DNA of 64,000 nucleotides from Ophelia neglecta (lineage: Eukaryota), in the NCBI GenBank assembly GCA_965285935.1, contig OZ260667.1, forward strand, positions 40,362,001 to 40,426,000. Direction: 5' to 3'. The position numbers and the translations under genes are program-made. Below are positions 1 to 15,000 of this stretch, piece after piece. The notes beneath the pieces are model-generated. The model saw nothing but the letters and a program-made list of their open reading frames with translations. It ran no database searches and had not been told where the DNA came from. Position 1 is the stretch's first letter, and each line of letters starts with the position of its first letter.

Positions 1-3000
1 CAGTGAGAGCTCACGAGCGTCAGGCGCCAGCAAGGCCTCCACAGGTAGTAGTATGATGGAGTCTTCATTTCTCATACAAATATCACATGAGTACTGTGGT
101 ATCTAATGGTTGAAATAATGTCTGAATTGAATGTTGTAAGGTAAACATTAATTTTACTGCAGTTTTTATGGGGTGAGGGAGACAATGGTTTCGAAATAAT
201 AAATGTTTTATTGTGAAGGTAGCTTAGTGGCTGTTACTTAAAAGGGGTTTAAGAAAGCCTTCTGACTTCATGCAGTAACTCCTATTTAAGTTAATTGAGT
301 TGGTAGTTCCTTGCTAACCCCTGACCTGCCATGTTTTACAGTTAAGCTGCCGTCTGAGCAGCCCACACCGGTGGAGGAGAAGGCTCCGTCTCCGGTGACC
401 AGGCCCAGCGTCACTATGACTAGTAATGTGACCGTCATAGAGAAGAGGCCTCCCCCTGCTCCCCTCAGCCCTCCACGGGCTGAGCTGGAACACCTGGGGG
501 AGTCGGCACACCAGGGAGAACAGTACACCCAAGACGAGGTCTCTATTCTTATGTCTTAGTCAAATAAAGAGTAGTGATCCCTAGGTTGTATTGTTGATCT
601 ACACACAGTCTGGTATATTGTTACCCTAAGATGGAGCCTCAGATATGAAATATTTAAAAAAAAACTCTTTGTTTTCAACTCTAGGTGTTAATATCTAAAA
701 TTACTTTTTTTCTGTTCTTGTTACACTGAGTATATCATTAGCTTTCTTGGAAAGTGTAAACTAAAAAAAACAATTAATACAATAATAACATGGATATTCA
801 ACTAACTAAAATTATTTTCTGATATTAAACTACAGGAGTACGATGATGAAGATGAAGGTTCAGATTACTGTGAACGACATGTGGGATTCACAACAGATAT
901 AGGTGAAATGCCAGAGAATCAGATGAAGTTACGAAGGCGTGACACCCCACACCACTTGAAGAATAAACGTATTAGTTTAGGTAACACCAAGCAGGAAGAC
1001 GCAGAGGAGAAGGTCAGGGCGATACTGGCACAGTCAGGCAGCATGGGGGCCTCCCAGGAAGGCATGCAGCCCCAAACCTCACCCATAAGACAGGTAGGCC
1101 ACATCAATGTTATTCACCATATAAATCAGTAGCTACCAATCTGTCACAGGGAAAGAAATAAGCATGTGCCCGTAGGCCCGGGGCCTATCGTTTTAGCGGC
1201 GGGCCAATTGAAACTCTACCCAGCTGGCCCGGCGGGCCAGTTCAAATTTGGCTCCACTTATAATACTTTATGTATGTACAGCTAGAACATTAAAGAAATG
1301 AGCATTGTCGAAGTGCTGTCAACAGGTCAATGTATTATCGTCCTACTATTTACATATTGATTATGCGCGCACCGCTCTGCGCATAACGCATTGTAACAGG
1401 CTACGCCATTGGCTGCATCTAGTCCATTTTGTCCAATTGTACGTACCGTACCGTACATTTCGCTTCCCGGCTCTATAGCTTGCATCGGAATTCGCCGCGA
1501 TTGAACTCGACCAACCTGATGTTAAATATTTAATCCGGATTATATATGAAATAAAATGTTACAACACATAAATATAACTTCTTGCGGGTCTTAGACATTC
1601 TTCTTGTTTTGTTGTTTCAAGGCGCAGCACTTGCGTTAATCGGCTTTGAATAAAGTGCTTCGAGCCCCACAGCATGTCATTTTTCAGGGCCTGCTGAATT
1701 TGAGCAGGGCCTGCTGATTTTGAAAGTTACTGGCCCTGTGGGCCAGTAGAAATTTTGTTCTTATATCTCACCCTGTGTCACAGGGGGCCCTCTCATTAAC
1801 AGTGGGAACGTCTGGTGATTTCACTTGCCAATCATGACCTTTAGCCGTCTATTCTAAGGGTTTTTTATTAAAACTATTTGGTGCGTCAAATCAGCATAAG
1901 TAGCGTTGTTGCAAAAAAAAAGAATACCTTTACAGAATTAAATACACCTGTGGTGTGTCCCAAGACTCTGAATGATTTAGAATTGACCATTTTGTGCTCT
2001 GTTGTAGATTTTATTTTCATGATTAGCACTAGATTAGACTGGATGATAATGTTGGGTTTTATTCACAAGTCTTATTTAACCTAGATATCATTCAGAATCT
2101 CATTAGTAAAGTTGGCTACATTGTTGAATGGCCAACTATCCAATAATAAATAACTGAATTTTAGCTAATTTCCTAAAGATTCATACAAAACTGCCAAGCT
2201 TGGAATGCCATAATAAAAGACTATTTTAAAATGTGTTTGGGGGAGATACAGGTAACTGTTCCTTTTTTTCTCTGCTCAATGTTATGAGTCCGCCAAGGGG
2301 TGCCCACTACTATTGACTATGAATAGCTACTTAAAATGTTACTGACAGGACTGTGACCTTGTAAAGTTCTTTGACAGTTAACAGTAGATTTACATGTCCG
2401 TAATGAATTTTGGAATTTCTCTCTTGTTGAAGTGGAGGATGTGTGTTTAGTCGTACTTGTTTTATATTGTATTAGTCGCACTCTAGTATATTATAATAGT
2501 CATACTCTAGTATATTATATTAGTCATACTCATGATACATAAGTCATACTCATGATATATCATATTAGTTATGCTCGTGATATTTTATATTTGTCATACT
2601 CGTTATATATTATAGTATAGAATTTCTACTGTCTTAAAATAAAGGTTTTTAGCTTCTATTAGTACACACATTCTGCACGGTATTTGTATTTATTATATGT
2701 GTTTAAAGTCTGTAGTGATGTGTGTATCTCTGACATTCAGGACTTGACAGACAGTTTGAAGACTCCCGGCTCCCCAGTGAAGTCTGACGAGCTTCCTCCA
2801 CTGTCCGAAGTGCCTGTCACCACTACACATGTGCCAATAGAAGTGCAGGAGGAGGAGGCTACCATTCACATAGTGAGAGAGCCTGGCCAGGGGCTCGGCA
2901 TCAGTATTGCTGGTGGAAAAGGATCTACCCCTTACCGGGGAGACGATGAGGTCAGTATCACTTCTAGAAGGAAGAATTATCAATTTATTGGCTGAATTTA

Positions 3001-6000
3001 TCTAACAATATATTTTTGCTAATATTTATCTGAATTAAGATTTTTTTCTAATTACCTAAGTGCTGCAGTCAGATGATATTATTGAGTGATTTTGGTATTT
3101 ACAGTCAATTTACTACTTGCCTTTTGCAGGGTGTGTTCATTTCTCAAGTGAGGGAGGATGGGCCTTCAGGTAGAGGCGGTTTGATGGTCGGTGATAAGGT
3201 GCTCTCTGTCAACGGCAACACGCTAGTGAACGCCGACCACCATCGAGCAGTGGCCGTTCTCAAAGACGCTGGCAATGATGTCACCATGATAGTGGCCCGA
3301 GACAGGCCAAGTATCTCTCCCATCACTACAAACCCAGCATCGCCAAATAAGGTCATCAACAATCTGGCAGCAGGCATGGAAATACAGGCGGAGGTGAGAA
3401 CACATTGCCATCGTCCCTGCAGTGACGGGGTTAATGAACCCATGGGCGAAAATCAGGAAAAAAAACAGAAATATCAGATTGACTGGGGATAACAAGATAT
3501 TTTTTTAGAAATATTATTTCCATCACTTGAAAAAGCAGATACAATTTATTGTTTGAAATGTGAATTGTACAGGTTTACTTTAATGTAAAGTCATCTTTTT
3601 TTATCAGACCATTGCGACCACTCTCAACCGTGATGACAATGGTTTAGGTTTCAGTATAGCAGGTGGCGGAGGGTCCACTCCTTTCAAGGGATCTGAAGAG
3701 GTAAGGATCTGATCAGATTACTGTTTAAATTAGCAGAGTTCTCTATTCAAAGGTGAATAAATTCTTGCTGAATAAAATAGGAGGCAACTAAGTTCGTAAT
3801 GGTGTGAATAGCCTGACAATGCCACTCACTTCCTTAGTCAAAAACACCCTAGTTTTTAGTTCTGTGCATTTAAATGACATTTTAATTAACTAAGTACTGT
3901 TCTGACAAATCATCTTGTGAACATACACTCTCATGTCAGTTATGTATTTTCTATATCTAAACACAAAATTGAAGTATAGTTCTCACACTACATGTTAATT
4001 AGAGGCACATCAAAACCTATTTATTTACCCTTGGCCCTCAAAAGAATAACTAGCTTTAAAACTAATGATTGTACCTTTTTATGTTACTTGTTAATATTAA
4101 TTCCTTAACAATTCATTAACCATAGCCACTTATTCATTTGTCACGTTGATCATCCAGATGACAAACTCTGTAATGGTTAGTACCTATGTGGTATCTGACT
4201 AGGTGGTTTGTGTTAACATATGTCTTTGTGTCTGTGTTATAGGCACTGCATGTTTTTATTTGTTACTCTACCGTCTACAAACCACTTGTTCTGTATTTTA
4301 TATGTCGTCAAGTTTAAATTTTCTGTCTGATTTGTATCTTTGTTAACTAGTATTTGAGTGTACCACCATCCAGTCTATCAAACATTTCTACCTGAATTAC
4401 AAAAATTATCGAAAACTAAGGTTGGTCAAGTCTCTACCTGCTTCCAACAAAGATCATAAAAACATACTGCCAAGTCGGCGCCGTCAGTCTCCTTTTTTTA
4501 GTCTCTGGAAATGTAGGCCTTCCAGGTGTGTCGCCATCCTTTTAAAATTGAAATCAAGGCTTACCTGTGATAGATATCATCTCTGAATAATTGTGGCTCT
4601 GACAGTACTAGTATCTTGCCAGCGTTCTTTCTGGACTGTGTTCTGTTGTGTGTCTTGACCTCAGTCCTTTATCAGGCCATGCACCCTGTTATGGTATCTG
4701 CACAGAACATTGAAAATAAATATTACATATGTTGTGCAGCAACTTTGCAATTAATATTAAGTGCATATTAATATTAAGATCAGGCAAATTAATATTTGCT
4801 CTATTCTGAATATAAGACAAAAGGAGTCATTTATAGCAGAACAGAGGTTATATACTCTTTTGTATCTCTGCGAACTTTATAGTTGGGGACTTGTGCTTGC
4901 TGGCTAAATTGAGGAGACATTGAAATGTCAAATCATACAAAAAAGTGGCTCCTATCCTCATTTTTTATACTCTTAATAGGCTATATAGTAAAAAAGGGTA
5001 TTTTGATGTGCCATATTTCTGTGTCATGTTTCATCTGTTTTACAGCTTTCTCCTCCCTGTCAGGAGGGTTCAATATAAATAACGTGTACTGTAAGTGCCC
5101 TGCTCCAAGTGGCCAGGTCCTCCTGAGTGTTAACCTGGCTGAGCACTCATCAGGCCCTGCTCACCATGTAAACAAGGCCATAATACTCAGACCCTTTCCA
5201 TGGCTCTTGTGTTATCAATCATGTCATTCTGGCAAAACCTAGCTTTCTATCATTTATAAAATAAGCTATTGATTTGGGTGTAAGGTACTTTTCATTTTAT
5301 TACTATCCTCTAAGGAGTCCAGATAAAAATGAGTGTGATTATAGATATGGTATTGTTGGCAGGTTAGTTTCTTGGGGGGCTTTTAATAACCATTTCTTGC
5401 TGTTGTTGCTGTCTTTTTGTCCTGAAAGCAATTCTGCTATTCTTGTTACATAGGAAGTCAGGTCAGAGCACTCCTCCTAAATTGATGTATCTAAAACAAT
5501 CATTTCTAGGAATATGCTTAAAAAATAGTATGCCAACAGTAGGATACATAAAGCATTTATAAAATTACCTTTTCAACGATAAAAATTTTCAGTATATGAA
5601 TTGGTATGGGAATTATGTGATGCCTTTTTTCTCTTTAGTCGATATACATATCACGAATTAATGAAAACGGAGCGGCATACAAGGACGGAAAACTCCAAGT
5701 CGGGGATAGGATTATATCGGTTTGTTAAAGCTACATGAATACTCAATATATATATTGTTGCATAATTTGTCATTCCTTTAAGCCAGATAAATATAGTCTT
5801 AACTCAGGTATGGAACATATATCATTACATTCCAAACACTTAACTCCTTTAAAAACAGTTAGTGTAGATCACATGCTGTAATTGAATGTTTATTTACCGA
5901 CTGACCTGTAATTTCAGATCAATGGTGTAGACATAACCGATGCCAGACACGACCAGGCAGTAGCACTGCTGACTAGCGGTGAGAAGAAAATAACACTGGT

Positions 6001-9000
6001 CGTGTATCGGGAGAACATCATTGTACGAAACAACAACAATCCTAGCCAGCCGTCCAAACTGCCTGCTCCGTCCCCAGAGCCCAGGACAGTAGACCAGCCG
6101 CCACAGGTTAACAAGGAGCCTTCCGTCGTGTCTCTCAACACAACCACAGTGCTCACAGGGCCTCCAGTGGCTTCTGCCACAACACATACTGCCAAAGTTG
6201 ACACTACTAGCCCGCTGATAATCAGGACACCGCCGGCGTCGCAGCCGGTCGCCCCGCAGCCTGCTCCTCGCGTCCGCAGCACAGCCGAAGCACGGACTGC
6301 CTTCCTTCAATCTAAGACTGTCACACCTGTCACCACCAGTGGTGGCCCCAGCTTGTCTGAACAGTTCAATCAGCTGGCTAAACCCTCTACGAACTCTCAG
6401 ACGCATGGCCTCGCAGGGGCAACGTCTCCATCATCATTATCATCAACCCCTACAAACTACACTAGCTCCTCGCAGCCAGCCACAGGCAACTCTGTAAATA
6501 CTACCATCACCACCGCAAAGCCAACTGTGCCCGCCAAATTTTTGGTGCGGAAAGAGCCGTTAAATCACGAAGACAAGACAGCCACAGACACCAAGGTCCC
6601 AGAACCCTTCCCAGTCGAGGTACTGAATGCATGAAATATTTATTTCAATTTTTTAGAATTACCAAATTTACAGCATAGTTCAGTTTTATGCACTGCTTAT
6701 ACACAATCATCAGTTAGCATTGATTTATATGAAAGATTTATTTAATAACACACCATCAGTTTAAGTGTGATACATAACAAACCAATCATTGTTCCTTAAT
6801 CTGTGCTTGTACATAGAGTTGTTCCATACTAACTATTGTCTTGGCAAGCATGCTGGTGGACATAAGGGTTTTAGACTTGATTTACCCTCTAGTGTATTTG
6901 ACACAGTCATTGCATGGGGGCCTAACCATATAATTACACTTTAAATCACCCAAACATCATTAAAATAGGCCATAGCTTCGTGTGTTTTTTCTTTAGAACT
7001 GATAATTTTAATATGTACAATGTAAATTTTAGTCTAAGCTAAATGTAAAAACAAGCCAAGCTTACCTAGCAATGACAATTGCTTAATTATCTAAGTTCGT
7101 TATTTAATCGCAACACAGACTGTGCATCGTTTTGTGTGCTTGGGTGACGAGGGCTGTGCATTTCATTATTATTTATTTGCGTTCTGGTGCCGTTGTATGT
7201 TTTATTGCTGCCAGTGTTTACTTTTTATTTGTTGGCATTGGTTTTAACTTCTATTTTCTAGCAATATTTTTATTGTTAATTAACCTAATAATATACTCAT
7301 TCAGTGCCAGTTTTACCACTATGGAATGTGGTGTAAATGTGACTTTGGATCAGTTATTTACAGCATTATTTTTACTTACTTTTTTTGGCATAATATTTAC
7401 AAACCTTGCATTGTTCAATATAATTTGTATTTATTAAACAAATTACTTAGCATATGAATGGTGATAACATTTGGTGTTTACACTTCATTCAAAATATGCA
7501 GTATTCAGCAATAAATTGGAAAAGTATTTTTGGCATATAGCTTTTACAAAATCAGGCATCAAAGCCACATCTTTTACATTAGAAATTTACCAATAATCAC
7601 TAATTAATTGGCCACAATGGGCACAAAGTGGGTTTTATTGTAGGATTTCATCTTGGACAAATGAATATGACATAATTGAAAAAAAATAATATAAAATGAT
7701 GGATCATGTTGGTTAATAAGTCAGATAAATCATACTGCTTATATTTAATAGATGTGCTAAATGTGTTCATATGTCTAGTATTTTAATGATTTATAACACA
7801 GTTATCTCTGAGAACCTACCACCAAAGACAAGCCTTCTAATTCAAATAATTGGTTGTAAATTTTATTGCATTTATAACTAAAATTCTAGTCCCTTTATTA
7901 AAACATGACTTATGAATGTGTAATCCCTTATACTTATAATAATATAATAGATTTTGTACTGCTGAAAATAAATAGTTATCCAGAGAATACTACTAAATAT
8001 TATTTTTGAGTTGTGTCCTTTTATTAACCAGCATGCCATGGGTTTGTTCTTAGCAGCAGCATGAAAATTGACAATAATTGCAAGACTTTAGTTCAGTAAT
8101 CCCACGTCATTAGAATGCTGCATGTCACTGCACATAACAAGTGATATTTGTTACTGGTTGTAGTAAATGTCTCTAACAGTTGGTATGATTATCAATTAAC
8201 TGTAACGATAATATAGCTCGTTTATAGCACACAAGTTTTTTGTCAAGAATTGTGATATACCAGGTCAGGATAGGAAGGCACAAGGAAATATAACTTCCTC
8301 CATTATTTCAAGTATATAACCAAATGGAGTATTTAGCAGGATCTACTAGTTTATATATGCATATTTATGTAAACACATTAAGTATGAATCTTATTAGTGT
8401 CATATTTTTATGAGACTCCAGCCAAAATGCTCAAAATAAATGATATAGCAAGGCCAAACTTCGGTTCATCTGACAGCTTAAACCTATACAGAATTAGAAG
8501 TTAGTCTGCTCGTTTATAGCATTGATCACGTTAGGGTAAAGATAACCTAAACAAATATGCTGCGTCAGATAAAATGACTTAGTTTTTGATAAACTATTGG
8601 TATGGAATAATGTTGTTTTATGGCAAACATTTTTTGGTGATTTCTTCTGACAAAAAATCAATTATTCACTCTCTTTTGAAGTGGTTGGTACTACAGAAGA
8701 TTTATTGTTTTTTTTAACAATTTCTGTTAGATTCCAATTTAAAGCTTGCTGATATTTTTTTCCTGCTTTTTGGGTATCAAGTAATTTTGGGATCAAAGTT
8801 TTTTTCCTCAATAATTTTGCTTATTAACCTCCCTTATTTGTAAGATATTTTTAAATTCATTTTCACTGGCATACTTTATGATTTTGCAGACAATTAGAAT
8901 ACAAAAGGCAGGGGGTCCTTTAGGACTTAGTATAGTGGGAGGCATTGACCACACTTGCCACCCATTCGGAGTCACTGAGCCTGGCATATTCATATCAAAG

Positions 9001-12000
9001 GTAATTTTTTTATTATTTGGCAAATATATACATGTATGTATACAGGGAAACATGTTAGGTTATAATCATAAGTTTTTTAATCTACTTTGGGTATCAGCTT
9101 GTTATATTACTCAGCTTTATGGTACTGAAAAAACAATTTTGTGATAAGGAAAACATGAAACTTGGTAAATAAATTGAAGTCTTTGTCATTGTTCTGTGAT
9201 TGGTAGCATGTCAATTAAATGGTTTAATCTTATAATTAAGGTTGTTCCTGATGGTGCTGCAGCAAAAACTAACCTCAGGCTGGGCATGAGGATTTTATCT
9301 GTAAGTCAACACAGTCTCTATACATATTAAAATGATCTATACACTGGAAAACTCCCACCAAAAACATAATTATGATAACCAAATCAATATTCCTGTGCTA
9401 GTTGATTGCTGGTTTACTGCTGGGAGAGCATTTGACATTGGCCTGCTGCTTGTGACTGCAAACACACATTTTATCATCCATAGTAACTAATTGGTATGGG
9501 GGGACACCAGTTGGCAAGCCAGTATTTAAGGCATTGCAGTTATTGGATCCCAGGTTCCATCATAAGTAAGATTTATTGTTCAATAATGTCCTAAGCATAA
9601 AAGGGACTTGTATGACAAAGGGTGGTTTTCTGTCAGGCTGCCTTTTGAGCAGATTGAAATCCCTAGTAACATTGTCTGTATATTTTGTAGGTGAATGGTA
9701 AAGATATACGACATGCCACCCATCAAGAGGCAGTCATGGCGCTTATAGCTCCAACATTTGAAATCATCTTAGAAATAAGACATGATCCTACACCTCCAGG
9801 ACTCAAGGTAAGACAAGTAGTATCAAGGCTCCACAGCATCCACTTGGCGAGCCACACATTGCAGCCCTACACTCTAAAGGAAAATGTTAGTTATTGCCCA
9901 TCTATCCCCTCTAAAAATACAAGTCCTCTACATTCTGATGGCTATACTTAGCAGCACTTTAAGGTATTGATCCGATCCACGAGTCTTACAGAAAGCTTGT
10001 TTGAAGGAAATTTTGGAGGGAGGGGGGGGGGGGGAATTGACTGCCATTAAGTGCTGACCTACTTAGATGGTTAAAATTTGGCAACAGTGTGGCCAAGTTA
10101 AATTTGTGAATGTATATAGCAGAATGTGGATATTTTGAAGGAATTAGTGTATTAATTTTTGTCCTATGTTTTGTAGGAGCTGGTTATATACAAGAGCACA
10201 GGGGAGAAGTTAGGTATCAGTATTCGTGGAGGTGCTAGAAGCCCGGCTGGTAATCCACTTGATAAAACAGACGAGGGCATCTTCATATCTAAGGTAAGCT
10301 GATATATTGTACTAGACAGTATCAGTAGGAAGGCTTCTTTACATTATTGGAACTATTTACATTCCTTTATGCAGTAAAATGGTCTTTAACTACCAGATAT
10401 TATTTCTGTAGAATGTGTATGAACTGCTGATTAGTTATGTACTAGTAAGCTTTTGGGAGGAGAAGTACTCTGTTGGAGCCTAGGCCTATGTCACAACAGC
10501 TTTAAGAATGTTGTGTATTTTTGCATTTATATTAATATATTTCTTGGGGTGTAGAGCAAATTGAATTGAAGTAGTGTTCTTTGTATTTTTAGAACACAAT
10601 AATAGTTTATGTTGCAGTATTCTGTCAAGTTCCGATTACCTTTTCAGATTCATGAGAGCGGTGCGATAGCCCATGATGGTCGTCTGCGTATAGGCCAGCG
10701 TATCTTGGAGGTGAACGGCCAGAGTTTACTGGGCGGCACCCACCAGGAGGCAGTGCGAGCTCTCCGTAGTGTCAGTGACAAGCTGACCATCCTGGTGTGC
10801 GAGGGCTTTGATGGCTCGCTCATTGAAGTCAGCTCGCCTACGGCCGGTAAACTCTCAGACAAGTCACGTATGGATTCCTGGTCCAGCATTGACAGAGAAG
10901 AAGACTATCTGAGGAAGGTGGGTCTTGTGTGTGATTAAACTACACCTCTTTCATGCTAACTGCTTACTAGGATTTTCTCCTATCTCAAGTCCAATATGAT
11001 GTCTGAATCACTCAATTCCCAATCAATTGTAACTAATTGTGGTTCAGTAACACCAGATGTAAACAGAATTAATCTATTAAAAGTGATTTGCACAGATTTG
11101 CTTTGCTGCTTGCACTATTAAGGCTATGTTTTGTTAACCCACGGAGTGTGGTTTATGGTGTGTCTTTCGTCCATAGAGCCGGGAGGCCTTGAGAGATGAC
11201 ATGGAATGGGAACAAGAGGAGCTGAGGAAAATTGTAAGTCTCTAAAATCTACATTATTGTATATGGCTTAAATGCTTCACAGCAGTATTTGTCTATCTGC
11301 TTGCAAGTTTCCTTGATATCTTAGTAAACACAGCTTAAGATTTCATGCCCCATACTCTAGATCAAGAGAGCATGTTTGCTGTGTATAGCCATTGTATTTA
11401 AGCTATAGATCTGTGATGACAGGTTTTTATTGGTGAAACTACTACTATTTCTCGCTAGTTTCCTCAAGTAGCAAAATTATCCGCCCAGTCCTCCTAGTTA
11501 AAGTTAGGCTAGATGTTAAGATCTCTTCCTTATATTGGTAATTCCCTGTATATAGGAGCAAATGAGAAAGGAAAGGGAGCAAAGCACAGATGAAATTAAG
11601 TTTGCTGATGAAGACGAAGACATGGATGCCTTACAAACTCCCATCTCCCCTAACCAGGTAAAGATCACCGAAAAACAAGTAGTGTAAACCTCTCTTCAAA
11701 ACACTCCGTCTTTAGTGTAGAATCTGTTAGTAGCATACCATGCTACTAAAGCAGTATAGATATCAATGATTTTGCGCTTAAGGAATTTCCCCTGTATGAT
11801 GATAATTTGAAATGATCCTGAGGAATCAAAGCCTGCGCATCAAAGCCATACACATAGCTGTATGATCACCCTGATTAATAGCATTTCACATTGTTGACCA
11901 AGAATGTGTGTGGTCCTGCAGTGCATGGCAATTAATTATTTACAAGCATTCAGGGCATGGAATTCAATTTTAAGACCTATACTAATATGCTAAAAAACAG

Positions 12001-15000
12001 GTCCCAGTGCCTTGGTGTTCCATCATGTTATATACACTAATATGCCTTGAAGTGATTGCCCCAATATGACTGTGTAGAATGAAGTCTTTGTAGTTCTCTA
12101 ACCTATGCTTGGCTTGCCCTTTCTTCTTTCTCCCTGTTTGCGGCCGTCAGCCGGCAGAGGATCGTGACCAAGAGATCCTGCGCAAAGCCCAAGAGGTGGA
12201 GCAAGAGTACGTACAGAAGGTCCAGTGTCTAATGGCTGAGGAGATGGAACAGGTACCACAAGCAGCTAAACACTACTCCCCTCACCCTCTATCACAGCCA
12301 GCTTAACCAGCCTCATCATGCACAGTGATACAACTCACTTCTCCCTGTATCTGTGGACATCCTCTTTTGTCATTCCCAGTCAGGAAACAAGAAATAATCC
12401 TGCTTGGGGGGGGGGGGGGAGGGGTAGGGAGTTCTTTTACAAACACCAGTTGTCCTGCGTTTATGAAATTGGAAGCCAGAAATGGCAGAGATGAGAACAG
12501 ACCGTGTAAAACAGGAATTTCTTGAGCACTGTATTGTGATCAATGGGCATTTAGGAAATCACTCCAATGTTGTTAGCTGATTAAAGTTAACATATTGGGG
12601 ACCTGAAGAAACAAATTATTCTTTTAGACAATTGTGAGGGGAATTTGTAAATACAGAAAACACATATTTGGCTTCCTTAATTCTCCACTCAATTACTAGT
12701 TGAGATGATAAGGTATCCACTGAAAGTTCAATGTATCTAGCTTCCTTTTTGGAACACACAGGAAAAGATGTCCACAGGTGCACTCATCATATCTTAAACT
12801 ACTTTTGTACATAATTATCTAATCTTTAATCAGTCCAGTATTTCAGAATAATCTACACAAATATGATTATTACATAACTTGGCGAGGTTTCATCTAAACC
12901 CAGAGTCAGGAACTGCATGCTGCACCTACCATGCATGCAAAGGCTGCGGGTGTTATTATGGGCACCGTTTGATAACATTTGTATAGTAGTAACCTGGTGC
13001 TGTTGGAAAATAGAGAGGTGTAAATATTGCAAAGAAATAATACAACTTATAGTGTGTTGTTAATGATATAAATCTTCATGTTTTCATTATGAATTGTTTA
13101 AACATGTACTTGACTACATAACCAAATCTAATCTTAGAAAATATGTCTTAATCTCTTCTAGTTTTGCCTTATCCTAGTATGTTTGTCTACTAAATAGTAC
13201 TAAGTACAGAATGTTATGTTTAGTCTTATCTTAGTTGGTAATTTAGTTAAGAAATAATGATTAATATTTCAACACTAGTTCTGACTCCCCAATGCTTTAA
13301 ATGTATAATATGAATGAACTGTTTCAGCTTACCGCTGGCAAGCCTCCACCCTCTCCCAAAAAGATAAAATCCCCCACAGGAACCCCACCAAAGATCCCCA
13401 AGAAACCTATACTGCCAATAGTGCCTCGACCTTACAAGGGGCTCTTTACGGGGCCCGCCTCGACCATACCCACATCGGTAACTAACCCCTTCACCTTTCA
13501 GCATGACCCAGGTGCTGGGGGTCAGGGGCACAGCGTTGCATGCTCTAAGTGGGCTAACGGTACAATGCTGGTATGGTTTAATTTGTAGTTAGGATGATGA
13601 TAATTATTCATTTCATTTCAGATGGCAATAAGTTGATTTTTTATTTCTCCTGATTAGTTTCAGCATGGTTATTCCTCAGGTTAAATGCCCTGAATATATT
13701 TCTGTGTTCTATTTATTTACAACATTTATTTACAGCTGATTTAGAATTATAAATTGCTTTGACAATAATAATAGAAGATTACTTTGATTTTCAGTCTGAT
13801 TTTTACCCTTCAGCCAGCCATTTAGAAAAGATGGGGGCTATTGCATTAGGCTCTGTACCCCAATCGGGCACCCCGCCAAAGAGCGCACTCCATTTCTAAG
13901 CCTATGCTGTATGCTACGTTATGTATGTGCCACATGGGAAAGTTTGTTGTGGGAGCTTTTAAATATTTATTTAAAAGCGTTGGTATGGCAACCAGATGAC
14001 TCACAAATGAGAACTGAAATGTTCATGTATTTCTCCAGTTGGATGACAGTTTGTTTGCTCTCATATATACATGTATGTTCCATGCCATAATCATGTGATT
14101 CATTCATAATGACAATGCTGCAAGTATAATTTTACAAATTTTAAATGTAGAGCTAAGCCATTAACTCCTCTTATCTTTTACATTGACCTGCTCAAGGCTG
14201 CCTCAATGTGACCAGCAAAGATTTTTAAAGAAGTAGTTAAATGCAAGTAGTATCATTATGTTGGCAAATTAATCATCATGGAACTTGACCTTGGAACATG
14301 TGAACCCCACCAGTGGCCTTTACTCCAAATAACCCAACAGCACAAATATTTAAAATATCTTTGGGGCTGGAAAAAATGCCATCCCAAGTCTGTAGTGACC
14401 TCAAAGTATAGTTTTACCGTCATGCTCAAGGTCATTCAAGATTTGAATCACTGGTTTCTTAACAATTTGATAATCAAGTTGACGGACGAAGATACTTCAA
14501 TTTGGCTCGGGGTGACATATATTTGTTTTCGCATTACCATTTTGTCTCTATGGTTGAACTTTCAGAAATATTTTGTTGATGTATATGCACATGTTATGCT
14601 TTTTGCTTATAACAATCACAGATTAACTTATTTTAAATGATAAACATGTATATGAAAGTTGCATTTTTAGTTATAAAATTTCATGGCTGATTGACTTAAT
14701 ATTTATAATTTATTTATTGATGTTTTTTGGTCCATAACTAAAAACAGATCTGTTTGAGGTTTGGAGTAATAGACTTTACTGTCTTCTAGTTGCCTTTTTA
14801 ATTAATAGAGAGGATTTATTTTTCAATCAAGTATAATTGTGATAGTATTTTCATTAGTTACTGGTTTTATTTGCTGACGCCTGGGTCTTGACCGTTTCAG
14901 AAGCAGGCGGCCCAGCGCCCTCCCAGTTTCCCATCACAGGCGGGCAGTGGAGCCTTCACCTCAGTAGGCAACACCTCGGCGTCTGCCGAGCAGCACAGTC

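Noticed and set aside
5894-6406. Antisense ORFs over the large scribble exon (similarly at 286-532, 3144-3495, 10650-10889 and over GALNT)
   Set aside because: Shadows of real coding exons with no independent motifs.
7132-7437. Hydrophobic 101-aa ORF resembling a membrane protein
   Set aside because: T-rich intronic low-complexity sequence, non-ATG start, no splice support.
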